From: Paramecium tetraurelia
Taxonomy: Eukaryota
Direction: 5' to 3'
Length of the DNA stretch: 64,000 nucleotides
Assembly (NCBI GenBank): GCA_000165425.1
Contig: CT868050.1
Coordinates: 1-64,000 of the forward strand
Each line of letters begins with the position of its first letter. The stretch's first letter is position 1. The notes below the pieces were generated by a model. The model was not told the DNA's origin and searched no databases. It saw only the letters and a list, made by a program, of their open reading frames with translations. The position numbers and the translations under genes were made by a program. This document shows, piece after piece, positions 26,037 through 39,300 of this stretch.

Positions 26037-27283
26037 TCATTTTTATTTCATACCTAATGACAGCATCCTTTCACGTGGGTACTAAGTGGAATTAATGTAT
26101 AATAGGTACTTTTCTTCTATGAATAGACCCATAGTGTAGTTCTTTAAATTTGGTTTGCTCTGGAGCTGATGAATTCAGCAATTCTTTTTATGCTTCGATT
26201 AGCACTGTATTCTTTTTAAAAATGGTAGTTTTCTTGTCTCTTGATTTTTATCTGGAGGAGACTCGAGAGGCTTGCCTTGATTTTTGCTATTTCAATTTTT
26301 CATTGTTGAGAATGGCTAAAAATTTATCAATATTGCCCCTCGTTCTAGTAATTTCTTAAGTGAGATTAGTTCTAAGTTGCGTAATGTCTGATCTATATAT
26401 ATATATTGAACGATTTACAATCTAACAGTGTCAGTTACACCTAAGTCTTGGGTTGGATTTGTGTAAAATTTTCGTTTGCTTATGTCTTTGACTTTTTCCT
26501 AAAATCAGATTAAAAAATCTTACTAATCTCTTAAATTTGAGTTCTCTTTCTTGGAATCTTTTCATCTACAATAGTTGTGCATGATCCATTTTCTATATAT
26601 TCTTGATTTGATCATCCCCACCCTCTTCCTCATTCTAATCAGATTTAATATTCCTGTAGCAACTATCCTCTAATGTAAGAAGATTAACGCATTATTTATG
26701 CTTTTAATAATTATTGATATTATCAGATTCTATCTTATCAATAATCTCTTCTCTTAACACGCAATAATTCATATATTGTATCATTTGAGGAAAGCTCAAA
26801 GGAACAAAAGTTAGTTGTTGTGAAGGGTCATAGTGATTGATTTCATAATCCTCCCTAATTTTCTTCATTAATTAAACAAACACTATTGAATGGTGAATAT
26901 AATAATACTGTTCAAAGCTTCTTGATTTTGAAGAGCTTGCTTGAAATCTGTCCAATTCAATTTATCTAAGGTTTGTTGATAATAAATTGATACCATCTTC
27001 ATCTTCGTCAATGCTTTTGAAGAATTCTTTCAGTTTGGATTTGGTGATGTTGATTCCATATTTGATGAACATATCATACAATTCAGATCGATCTAGAAAT
27101 TCTAATGAGTGTTATGAGATACTTCATACTTGATTTATCTCTGTCTATGGAGTTAAAGACTGCTTTCATCATATTTTATTCCCTGAGTTCCGATTCATAG
27201 AGAATGTATTTATCTTTAACTCTAGCCTTGTAACGATTTCGTAACCATTTAATGGTGTCGAAAGTTTTGAGATTATAATTCAT
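26037..27283 (-). CDS. EF-hand-containing protein
   Basis: FLDRSELYDMFIKYG and FFKSIDEDEDG...KLNWTDFKQAL EF-hand-like loops, followed by FVPLSFPQMIQY; several short introns. Confidence 0.65.
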
Positions 27284-27315
27284 AAATTTTATTGTACGAT
27301 TATAGATAATCAATA

Positions 27316-28169
27316 TCATTTTTTTGCTTATTGTGCTGCCAAATCTTCGTCCATTTGTTTAAGTTATGCACCACCTCTGAGAAGACCTGATCTTCTGGCA
27401 GCAACAAGACCGACTTTTTGACCAGGAGGAGCATATCTTGAAAGTGTGGATGGATGACCAATATGTTATTAATTACCACCACCATGAGGATGATCAACTG
27501 GATTCATGGCCACACCTCTAACCTTTGGCCAGCATTTTCTGAGTCTTCTGTATTTGTGGAATTGTCTTCCTGCCTTAAGAATGGGCTTTTCAGTTCTACC
27601 TCCTCCAGCAATCAATCCTAAAATAAATTCAAATAAAATTACCGACTGTGGCTCTGCAAAGAGCACTAAGTGTTTTTCTGGTACCAGATGGTAATCTAAC
27701 TCTTGTTGTTGTTCCATCATCTGAATGACCAATAATGGTGGCATAACAACCAGTTGCTCTTCCCAAAGCTCCTTTGTCTCCTGGGTGTTCCTCCAAATTG
27801 CAAACTACTGTACCCTCTGGGATTTATCCGATTGGGAGAACGTTTCCTGTAGCCAATTAAGCTAAGATTCACAAACTAAATGTTACCTTTTGCTCCGCAA
27901 TAAATGTATTAGCCAGTGTATGATCCTTCAGGAGCAATGAAGAGTTTGGTGACCTTCTTGTATTTGTATGGATCGTTGAATTCAACTTCAGCAAGTGGAG
28001 CTCCTCGTCCTGGATCGTGACGAATAGCAGAAATCACACCTCTGACATAGCCGTGTCTCTCAGCATAATCAAGATGTCTGTATTAGGGAGATCCGATTCT
28101 TTAATTTTAATGTGCTTTGAAAACACTGTTTGATTTGCCCTTTCTTTGTGCTCTGATTCTCTTACCCAT
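27316..28169 (-). CDS. RPL8: 60S ribosomal protein L8 (uL2)
   Basis: [59 protein letters not shown] and [16 protein letters not shown]; two introns. Confidence 0.98.
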
Positions 28170-28789
28170 TTTTCTTAGAAAGATTTTAGAAATTTATTTT
28201 AAAGGGCAGTGATAAATTCTTTAATAAACATCATTAATTTTAGCTTGAATCACTTCTAATCTTTTTTGATGACCATTCCCATTATCCGAATAAGATTTGC
28301 TACTTTTTCAAACTGTACTTGTTCATTTATCATGAATGTTATCGAATTGTTGCTTCATTTCGTCATTATTTTATGCCATCTATCTACTTTAAGTACTAAA
28401 ATTAGTATTTTAAGATACAAATGAAACACCAATTTAAATTGCTTTATGAAGAAGTTCTACTAGTCATAAATTTCTAACCCCTTGAATCCTTAAATAAAAA
28501 ATATAATATATATCTTCAATTTCTTTATAATCTATAAGACATCCTCAAAAATAATAACATAGTTTTGTTCAATCAATGTGCAATCTTCCAAACTCTATAT
28601 TATTTTAAATGATACATCTAATTCCATCACAATTTTCCCTCTTAAATGTTTATACTACCAATGAATAAATAATATATAATCAAGCAAAAATAAATAGTTA
28701 TTACAAATAAAGTATCTCAAAAAAGAATATTGTTGTATTATGTTTATTTATGTAATATTTAATAAAATGCATTTGACTATTTTTTGATA

Positions 28790-29072
28790 ATGATAAATAT
28801 TCAAATTGAAATAGAATTTGTCAATCTCTTCTGTGTCAATATTAGGTTCTAAAATATATTCTCGTTGAAGAATTGGTATTTCTAAACCCTAGTCAATCTA
28901 AACAGAATCCTTCAAAGTGATTATCTCCTACTTTTTCTATTATCTTTTACTCATCTATTACTATGTCATCCAATTTTTTTGTCTTATTCCAATAATCTAA
29001 ACCGAATAAGAGTATTTCTTATTTCCAATCATCTTTAAACTGATCAAGTTAATCAAAAATAAATTCATTCAT
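28790..29072 (-). CDS. Small hypothetical protein (3' end unresolved)
   Basis: MNEFIFDQLDQFKDDWKQEILLFGLDYWNKTKKLDDIV... continues after a putative 22-nt intron. The stop codon was not established. Confidence 0.3.
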
Positions 29073-29109
29073 TATATAAACATTATACTATTAAAATTGA
29101 TCAAAATAA

Positions 29110-31153
29110 TCACAAATTTTTTTCAAACTCATACAAAGCATCATCATGTAATTTAGCCTAAAATATTAAGTACAACTTACATCATGTTCGTGGATTTAAA
29201 ATTGCCAAAATCGATTATATTCATCATCTTTCTCCTCTTATGCATAATCATGTTTTTATTAAGTGTTCTATTACTATTCTACTGATGTTCCTTGCTCTCT
29301 GCGTTGTTCCTAATTTGAATTATCTGCAAATTATTAGAAATTTGATTGTTGTTCTGATGCTCCTCCTGCTTGATTTTATTCTTATCCCCATGAGAAATTA
29401 GACCAGTCTTATTATTGTCCATCTACAGGATTGGCTTACTCTGTATTGCTGATATTGAAAGCATCAAAAATATTCTCTAAGTTTTGAGTATTCTTTGCTT
29501 CATCTTATAGCTTCTCATCATGATTGGATGTCAAAAAGTCATCATATTTCGTCTAGATATCCTCTTTATTAAAATGAACATCCTCCTTATAATCAGCTCT
29601 TGTATGACCACCCAATTCATGATTATTCAGTTTCTCAGCCTTATCAAAATATTATTCCCTAAATTTCTTCCAGGACTCCGTTTCCAATTCTGACTACAAC
29701 AATGGATATTTCGGTGAAAACTCCACTAAGAAATGAGCCAATTTAGTCACAAAACCCAAATACTCTTTTCTTTGGTTTTTATTGTTGCTCACTTCAGCAG
29801 TACTATTCAATAGAAATTGAATAAACTCATTTTGATTGAATAACTAAATATGATGCATTATTATACATTCTGGACGAGATTATCAAATTTTTATTCAATA
29901 ATGTGAACAATGAATCTAAAATATTGCAAATGCAAGATGTCATGTTTTTCATGTTTGGAAAATAATGAGTTATAAACTTTGAAAATATCCTATTGGTATA
30001 GTTTAGTGACAAAGGATTCTTGATTCAAACTTATGCATACTCCAATGATTTCAAGTATCTTAATCTTGTGTTATCCAAACACAGGAGTGGCAGATTTTTA
30101 TAAGAACTCTAGCCATTTATCTAAATGAGACTCTATTTTATTGAATAGCTCTTAATGGTTCACAATGAACAATGCATTTTCAATGACAACACCACCTTCA
30201 GATGATTCTCCTTACCTATTTTACATTTTGTAGAGCAAGGTGAGAAGATTATATAATGAAGTTCCTGAAGCAAGAGACACGTAGTTGCTTTCATGGACAA
30301 TAGACGAGCAAAATAGATCGATTGATTCTCCGTATAAGAATTCAAATAGAGGCTATGCCTTGAAAATTACATAAGCCTTCTAAGTGATCTCTTGGATGAT
30401 ATGAGACACATTGGTTGAGACCTATATTAATCTTATATTGAATTTTACTTCGAAATTTGAGATATCTAAAATTCTCCCAACTACTCCTTTGAGTAATTGA
30501 ATCCTTTAAGGTGTATAATCAGCTTGAGTTTCTTGTTCAATTGTTAACACACGAATTACAAGTTCAGCAACCGAACGAGATTATAATTGTTTTACTAATC
30601 CATCTACTAAATTCTGATATTAATAAAATTCATCAAGAAAGATATCAGTCTTCATTTTCAACAAGTTAAACATAACATTACAGACATAGCCTGCCAACAC
30701 TGGGTTTACATCATCCTCTGAAATAAAAAATTGAAATAATGCATGCAATTGAGATCTATTTCAATATTTGATTGTTGATACTTGTCCTCTCCAAAGAATT
30801 ACTCTAAGATTTTAGGATTCTCACAACACACCAACAATTCGCATGAGTAAAATGGATATCTGAATGCTCTTTTTGAATTCGAATCATCTGCTGGCATCTC
30901 AGTTAAATAACTGACCAATTCAGCCACTTGTTTCTTTTGAATACTACATATCGCTATATATCTTACAAGTCCATTAATTTTTAATTTTGGTTTCTGAATT
31001 CACCAATTATTAAATCATCATCCAACAAAGTGGTCAACTACAAGTCTGGATTTTCAAAGTGGCGATCGAATACATTCTCCTTCATAAGCATCCCAAAATG
31101 AGTCCAAAATTGAGCACTATATGTAAGCACCTATAGCCTTACCTGAAATTCAT
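29110..31153 (-). CDS. SIT4/PP6 phosphatase-associated protein (SAPS family)
   Basis: LTTLLDDDLIIGEFRNQNQKLMDF, RAFRYPFYSCELL, VNPVLAGYVCNVM, FGQHKIKILE, YFPNMKN, KEYLGFVTKLA and an acidic tail DDEYNRFW. Confidence 0.85.
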
Positions 31154-31435
31154 CGCGAGAATTAATTTTATTAATGGAATAATTATCAAATTACTTTTTA
31201 AATTAAACTCAATACGAAAAGAGTTTACTTAAAGTAGAAATATCAATATATTATTTAGAATTGGAACCTTGGTTGTTAAATTATTATTTTCTATTAGGAA
31301 TAATCATTTTATTAAATATAGAGAATATAAAGAATAATAAATTTAATATTTTAATATATTTATCATCAATAAATATCCTCATTGAATGAACATAAAATAT
31401 TATATCAATTGTATATAGGAATTAAATGTGAATAA

Positions 31436-32642
31436 TCATTAAGAAGAACATTTCTTAGATGCTATCTTAAATAAGCTATTCTTTCTGGTGTTTCAATATT
31501 ATAATCTATCTAATCTACAGGAGTGTTGACATTTATGTATTGCAAAAGGACATTGAAGATCGAGTACAAACCACAATCATGTCCATTCTCCTACTGTGGA
31601 ACTGTTAAAATCCTCCTCTCTATTTGTTTCTCCAAATGCAAATGCAGAAATAAAAAACTTACTTTTTCCAAAATCATTTCATCGCAATAATTCATTGAAT
31701 TTAACATGTATAGTGTATTGTTTTAAAATACCAATGTCACAAAGTGACTTCTATCTACGTTCAAAATTATTATTAGTCTATTGAATGCGTTTTTGAGAAT
31801 AAGTTCCTAGATTTTCTTTGGGATTGAGATATCACTACTTGAGCAACTGATCACACTCGAAAATATATCTTAACTCGTGATAGTGTTAATGAGGAATATT
31901 TGATTATCAGGATTCATCACTCTAAAATAATCTTAAATCAATTCTAAATAGTAGTCGATCAATAGTTGATTTATCCAGTTGCATTCTCGTAAACCTAGAA
32001 ATAAGTAGTTATTTATCGAAAATTCCTTATGCATAAATAAGTATCGAGTAGTTTGCTATTTAGGATAATCTTATGGAGGATACTCAACTCGCACATTGTT
32101 ATAATAATACATTATTTTGGTATCTGTGACAGAATCCTATTCAGTAATTGACTTCACTTCTCCATGCATCAAGTTGTTCTTAAAGAATCCAGTTGTTTTG
32201 CAATTTTATACTTTCTCTTCGAATGGCCCATGCTTCCATCCCCAACTGTAATGAAACATGATATCATCATTATCGATGTTGCACCTACCATCAGCAAATC
32301 CTTCTTTGAACTACCCAATAAATTTAGTGCTTGTTTTGGATTGTATTTCTCCTCTACCATTAGGGAGAAAGGTATCTCTATCTAGGCCTCCTCTATAGAC
32401 AGATCGATCATAGAGAAAGTCTTAAGGAATTGGCATGTATCCGATTTGATTGATGTATAGCAGACATTAATAACCCAATGGTAGTTGATTCTCCATTATA
32501 GTTGGCAAAATAAAACTATTAATCAATGGAATATCTACATGTTTCCGCCAGGTCTCAGTATTAAAGACTATCCTATTTTCACCTTAAAGATGGCACTTTG
32601 ATTAGGTGACTCAATCTCTTGATCATCTTAGTTCTACTACAT
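31436..32642 (-). CDS. MORN-repeat-like protein
   Basis: YRGGLDRDTFLPNGRG, FIGQFKEGFADGRC, WGWKHGPF and GFFKNNLMHGEVK; 23-nt intron near 32517-32539. Confidence 0.7.
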
Positions 32643-32728
32643 TTTCTCTACAATTAATTTATATATATCATTTATAAAATAATGACTTAAAAATTTATTG
32701 GTTTTAAACTAAATACTAAATTTACAAT

Positions 32729-33522
32729 TCACTTTTTTTTTCTCAAAGTAGGCACTCTTATAGTAGGAGCATTGTCTTAATTTTACAGTTCTATCTATTA
32801 TTGTAAATCCTATTTCTATTATTGAACAGTCTGTTTTAATTGAGTTGCTGTCTCTTATGATGCAGTTAAAGCAGGAGGACAAGAGCCTTTCCTTAGGAAC
32901 TTCAGAATATTTTTGGATTATTTTTAAGTTTTCAATTAATATATTCTTATAAAACATTCCGAATTTTCAGGCTTAAATCCTATTCTTAAAATGTCATCAA
33001 AATAACCTTTCAGATACCAATTGTCCATTTAGATTGAACTGAAAGGACCTAAATCTAGGAACAAATTTATACCCTGCACTTTCGAGTAATCATCCACATA
33101 ATACCATATTTTTGAAAGCAAATGATTGGCCTATCCAGCAACACTCCTACTAAATACTATTTCCTTTTTTATGCTCTGTAATTATTGCTAGCTCCAATCG
33201 AAAGTATTGGATTGTTTGGGTTGGGGAGTGAGAATTTATTGTTCATCAAATCGAAATAAATCTCCGCCTCCACTCGAGTATATGCCAGCAGTTTTGAGAG
33301 GAGTTGCGCAATTGCTTGAATACACGAGAATTTCTAATCTAAATTTATCAACAAACCTTGATTGAAACCACGTATTGGACGAGCCTAATAGGGATTTTGA
33401 CTCAGAGCTTTAAAAGCCTGTGGGTACTATTGACATAATGCCTTGAAGGTTTCAGGCATTTATTCAATAGGCTTTTATCGATAATGCGCAATCAATTAGG
33501 CTCTCGAAAGTTTTTATTGCAT
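32729..33522 (-). CDS. GYF-domain protein
   Basis: WYYVDDYSKVQG|PFSSIQMDNWYLKGYFDDILRI matches the GYF consensus across a 24-nt intron. Confidence 0.85.
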
Positions 33523-33629
33523 AAAATATAAATAAAATATGATAAATTTCCTTATTTTTCTATATAAAATTTGACAACAATTTAAGAAGAAAGCATTATA
33601 GCATATTTCTATTAAATTTGTTATTTACG

Positions 33630-35035
33630 TCAAGAATCCATGTCTATCATCCTTAAGACCCCTCTGATCTATTCATTGTCATCAATATTATCAACGGAGA
33701 AGGACTTCTTTCTCATCAAATCCTTCAACTCTTCAGAATCTAGACTTATTAAGACATGTACCTGTTCGCTCGAGAATGGAAATAAGAGCTGTTTGATAGT
33801 GCTCGCCCTTATTCTTACATTCAACAACCGTATCAGACTCCGGTTCATATTGAAAACTATTCTGCAAATTATGACCCAGCCACTGTTATTGATCACTAGT
33901 GCTGTTGTCCTGAGATTTCTAATTCCTTTGTGATGTCTGCAAACTTGGGTCTCGCACCTTAAAGACATTCTAGACAATGCGATTTCTGGGCACAATCTTG
34001 AATACTCTAACTTATGACGATTACTCGACATATCTAAATTAGTTAGAAAGGCTACCTCCTTTCCTATTGGTGATGATAGAAGGAGCAATCCTGTTTGTTG
34101 CAATTTTAATTGATGCATTGCTTGGTTCTAAATAGTATTGGATGATATTCGAGTTCTTTCCACCCATGACATTTGCAACAACTAAAAGCATCTGGACATC
34201 CATAACTGTATTCAGTAATGTATTCATTCGTATTCCCAATTGGGACATGATTATGGAATGTAATTGAATCCTTGTGGTTTTCTTCTGAAGTCCTACCAGT
34301 TGTGAGCATATACACATAGGGATTTATCATGTTATGTCAGATTGAATGGACACCACACTGTTTTGTAATAGAACATGAAGAAATCATCGTCGTATTCTAG
34401 ATTGTGAATGAGTTCTATGGCTATGTCACCTTCTGAATGGGCAAAGGAACAGAATTTCCCATAATCGCATTAATGAATATTATGGGGATAGAAGGAGCAA
34501 AATTTGGTTTTGTAATTGTCAACTCGATACAACTACTCCACTCTGTTGTGAGCTCTATTGCAATTGTCTCCATAAGGACAAATTGAATTTTTGTCAACAT
34601 ATTGACATAACTCGGCTGAATACTCCACGCCAATCCTAGACAGTAATTCAATAAGACGAGTACCTTTTACGATCCTTGGGATTATGAAAGAATGGACAAT
34701 GCTTGTGATTGTGATTGCCCATGATTTTGCAAGACTAGACTTTGAAGAATCCCAAATCTAAATGTTCAACCCGTATCTATTGTTGTAATTGTTAACTGAA
34801 ACCCAGGTTATTATGAGTCACATCAGTGGTTTCTCGAGATAAAACGACCAAATTTACCTGTGTCATTCAACTTCGTATTTTTCTCTGTTTTCGATCCACT
34901 ATTCATGCTCAACATTCCTTTGGGTATGTTGGGAGCAATGAAGTTCTGCATTTATTATCTTTTGTTTCCATTGCTTCTCCCATTTGGATTGTATTTTTAA
35001 AAACCATTCCTCATTTAATCGCGAGGAATCTGCAT
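33630..35035 (-). CDS. Unkempt-like tandem CCCH zinc-finger RNA-binding protein
   Basis: FKVQSC...HNHKHCPFFHNPKDRKR, CPYGDNCNRAHNRVEQLY, YKTKFC...CDYGKFCSFAH, YKTVWCP...CVYAHNWQDFRR and CHGWKELEYHP..FRTKQC. Confidence 0.9.
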
Positions 35036-35216
35036 AAATTAATAAATTATGAACTCATAAACTCTTACTCACAAACAAAATATAGAAAAATTATATATAT
35101 AATTCCCACTCAATCATTTCATCATATAATGTAAGAATTCTAAAAGAAATTGAAGGTAAAATAAATTAATTAACATTTAAGTTTTACAACTCTATAAAAA
35201 TAATTTACTATTTTTA

Positions 35217-36239
35217 ATGCTTATCAAGAAAACCAATCTCATCAACCTAGATACCATACAATTTTATGATATCAAATCTCAACATCAAAACATCTACAGT
35301 CCCAATGCCACTATTGCAACCTTAAAGAAAAATGGTGATCATCAAAAAAATGCCTCTCAAACTCAAATATTATGTAAAAGGTTTGAATACAATCAAATAG
35401 GAAACTACACTGTCATCAAAGACTTAAATCAAGCCGGAGGAATTGCAGGATTCATTATTCTTAAGGATTATGCTTTTTTATTTAGTCATTATTAAATCAA
35501 CTTGGTCAAAGAATGTCTTTTTTCGAGGAATTAACAATTGTGTGTTATAATCTCCTCAAAATTCATTTCCATCTATGAACTACAAAACTTGAAGTTGATA
35601 CAAAATCAACAAATAGATTGGAGTTTCTACTATAAATCTGGAGCAATTACTTCTGATTCTCAGTATTTAATTGCGAACACTCATGAGAGCACAATTGTAT
35701 TGTATAGCCTGAAAAAGCTAACATAAATCATTACTATCTACTAATCAAAAGCAAATTTTAGTTAGATTTTTGTCTCAAGAACAAACAACGTAATGTTTTC
35801 TACCAAGTTTGGATCGCATTATGTTAAGAGATGGCAAATAAAGGATGATTAAATTAAAATGTAAACTTAATTCTACCTTAATCAGACTTACACTCTTCAT
35901 TATGTGACAAAGCATTACATACTAGTAAGAAGACAATTTAAAACTTTCGAAAGCATGTACTGCATCTTTTCTAATTTAAATAAGTAGAGAAAACTTATTA
36001 GAACTATCAAATGCTCGTTTTTTGAGAATTTGCAACTGGATCCAAATTGCGAATCCAGGATATTGATTGATGATGGGAATAAGTTAGAATTTTTAGCTCA
36101 ATACAAATTTTATTGCATTTAAACTGGGCATTTCAAGAGGGCCTCGTTAGAATATAACAAATTGATTTCAAAACCTAGTATTGAGATTTCCAAGAATCAA
36201 ATGAAAGTTGAATATTATTTGCAAGAAAGCTAAGAATGA
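35217..36239 (+). CDS. Hypothetical beta-propeller/WD-like protein
   Basis: 340-codon table-6 frame joining the ORF-track pieces at 35217 and 35538; SGAITSDSQYLIANTHESTIVLYSL is WD-like. The start could lie upstream. Confidence 0.55.
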
Positions 36240-36305
36240 AAAAGTTATGTCTTTATTCAAACGACTTATGACATATATTTATACATTTAAATATCAAGTA
36301 ATTAA

Positions 36306-39300
36306 TCAGAATTATTTATGAATCCAAACCAGTCTTCTTAAGGAGTGGAGCATGCAGATTAGTTTAGACTTTGAAGTTGCATTCTAATGTTAAATTAAGA
36401 ATTTACTTTGTGTTTGACACTCTCAATCATTTAAAACTTAACAGACAAGGCTTTGGCTCTTCTAATTGGAAACCATGAGTAATCTCCAGCCAATTGCTTT
36501 GCTCGTATGTAATTGTCGACACCATTATTAAAATTGGATTACTTCATTCTCAAATAGCACATATAGAATAGGTAATTCCAAATGTTGTGTTCAACCTTAA
36601 TGTGATGCCAAAACCCAGTGTTTTGACTAGTTTTATCAAACACCAATCTGTCAATTCCACAAATGAAGCACTTGTGATTCTAGTCCTTCTCCTTTTACTT
36701 TTGGACTGACCTCAATTCTGAATAAGAAATGATAATGACAGCCAGGAGCACATTAATGACGCACAACTTTACGATTACGTTGATGATGTTGTCATAGAAG
36801 AATCTTCCATAGTAATTATTGAGATTGCTCAGATACGATTCCTCAGCCTATTCTCCTATGTTTTCCACGAACATCCCTCCAACAGACCCATCTGTTTTAA
36901 ATGTCCAATCAAAGGTCACATAAACACATTGCCATAAATGATCGCAAAGATTCTGATTCTTGTCAGTAACGAAAAACTCAAAGAAGTACACATATGATAT
37001 CAAGGCTACCCAGTATTCAAACAGCACTATTATTAACCATAATCCAATGAATTTAAATTTAGCCAACCAAACAGCCTTTAAAATGGGTATAAGTGGTTCC
37101 AAATAGAGAATGTGGATCAAATGAAATGCCAAAAAAAAATGGATGAATTGTTATTCCAATGATATTGAACGCTATCTGAAGAATGTAGTATATTATGTCG
37201 AAATCAATGACCAGAACTATGATTGAGATAACCACCTTAATCAACCCAGAAATCATATGTCCGATAAGTGAAGAAGCATGCCAAGCATTCCAAACAAACT
37301 ACAACTTAACAGGGGCTTTGTCAATGAGATAAAAAAACAAAACCATGAAACTATAAGTTATATAATAGGAATATTACTTTATAGCCAAATTCAAATAAGC
37401 CAAGATCATCAAATAGTACTTAGTATTTGTGTTATTATAATCTCCTAAGAATCTTGGTTCATTCAATCGGTAATATTAAATTACATCAGGATCTTTTGGT
37501 TAGTATCCAGGAGGAAATGCTAATTGAGTATAACTTAAAATTATGATTAAATTAATTAAGAATCCATTGTAGAATGCAAGTTGCATCCAGAGTTTACCTC
37601 TTCTAGCCAATATCTCTAAGAACTTGTGGTTCTTAAAGTAGTCTCTCAGAGCCTCTTAATGCAGCATAAACTTATAGGCTGAATCCACAAAGTTAACAAG
37701 ACTAATTATTTTTGTTTTAGTGCTTGTTCTATCTGCTTGATCTAAGAATTACTTTTTGGTTTCCTATCTTAATAAGTAGAAGCATGGCAACTTTGGAAAA
37801 TAAGTCAGGTAAAGTACATCATCTTTAACAAATTCAACTTGTAATGTATTCAATTTGTAAAATTGGAATGCCTTGTGGATCATCTCGTGCTTTTTGATTA
37901 TGTTGATCTTTTCTTCAACTTGGCCACTAAATTACTATTTGATTTGATTCAACTACTCCAATCCATGTTGCATCAAGGATTGGCCCAATCTTGAGAGTTC
38001 ATTTAATATATTATCCCTCAGGAAATCTTAGACTAATTACCCTTCATCTTCATTTTTTTTAAATTCTTCCAAGTCCTCCACAACATAATTCAGTTCTGAA
38101 AGGATAACATATAAAATGTAAGCATTGAATCCACTTTCCATAATGAAATTTGGTTGATCTTCAAATATTAATTTCGAGTAATTGACATCACCATAACAAT
38201 TTACCATCTAATGATATACATTTACAAAATGTTATACTAACACTGTCTTAGGAACTATTTTCTTTAATTTCTGTACAATATAATCATCTTTGGTATTAAT
38301 CTCAGCCACCACCAACAAGATTATTAAACACTAATGTTTCAATTAATTAATTTGCTCATCATCTAATTAAGATTTTAATGATGAGTCATTTAACACTCGA
38401 ATAGAGAATTCAACAAATTTAGAATTTGCCACTAATGTTTGATTTGGTCTACATGCATACGCTTGAGACTTGATTGTCTTCAAACATTAAATTAGTTACT
38501 CGTAATTATTTTTAATGTCTAAAGAGCACAGATAATTGATTGTCTACTGAACGAGATCATATGACTTTTTATTGTTTTTCTAATAACGGATCAAATTTTG
38601 TAACTCCTTGTTATTGTCATTACACATCAACTCCATGATTTCCAAAACCAAAGTAGATATTTTTAAATCCTGCTCGATTGTCAATAGCATTTCCATTTTT
38701 TAAAAGAACTTGTCACTAGAAATAGCAAGACTCAAAAAAGTTAAGGTTGTCTTCTAAACATGCTTACTCACCAAGAGTCCTTTAATGAGAATCAATAATT
38801 AAATAATGTAGTCATTCTCACTTTCATTCTCTTCCCAAATTAAGGTTAGTATGACTTTTGTGCCTCCTAATTGATCAAGTATTTGAATTCTGTTCCCATC
38901 TATGTTTATTATTTGTATTAACAATTTTATGGCAAATATGGCACTTTATTTAGACGCTTTGTTTGACTTCCAAAATTATAAAAATCCTAAAACCTTTTGT
39001 AGTATATCATCACTTGTAAGAATCAATTATCTTTTCTCTTTGTCCTACCAAAAATCATTTGTAAACATGTCGCTCACATACCAAATGGATTAAGCTAGTT
39101 GATCAGTTTCAGTGAATTCCTTTATTTTCGGATTGTTTTCGAATAATTTCTTAAAGAATTCCCATAACTCTAAATCATTACACCCTTGATCTGATCCATC
39201 ACTTACTTCTGTGGCTTAGTATTCCTCAAACTTTTCAGTCTTAAACGTCTCTCCGTACATATCACTCATCAATCTCTCCTGATCTGAATCTGATTCACTC

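Noticed and set aside
27506..27694. ORF-track entries antisense or out of frame to real genes (also 21517-21747, 33640-33933, 43793-44065, 57221-57457, 61717-62007, 32169-32360)
   Set aside because: Shadow ORFs produced by using the standard code; the real genes lie on the other strand or frame.
28260..28620. Possible plus-strand coding stretch upstream of RPL8
   Set aside because: No consistent start or frame; long stop-free frames arise easily when TGA is the only stop.
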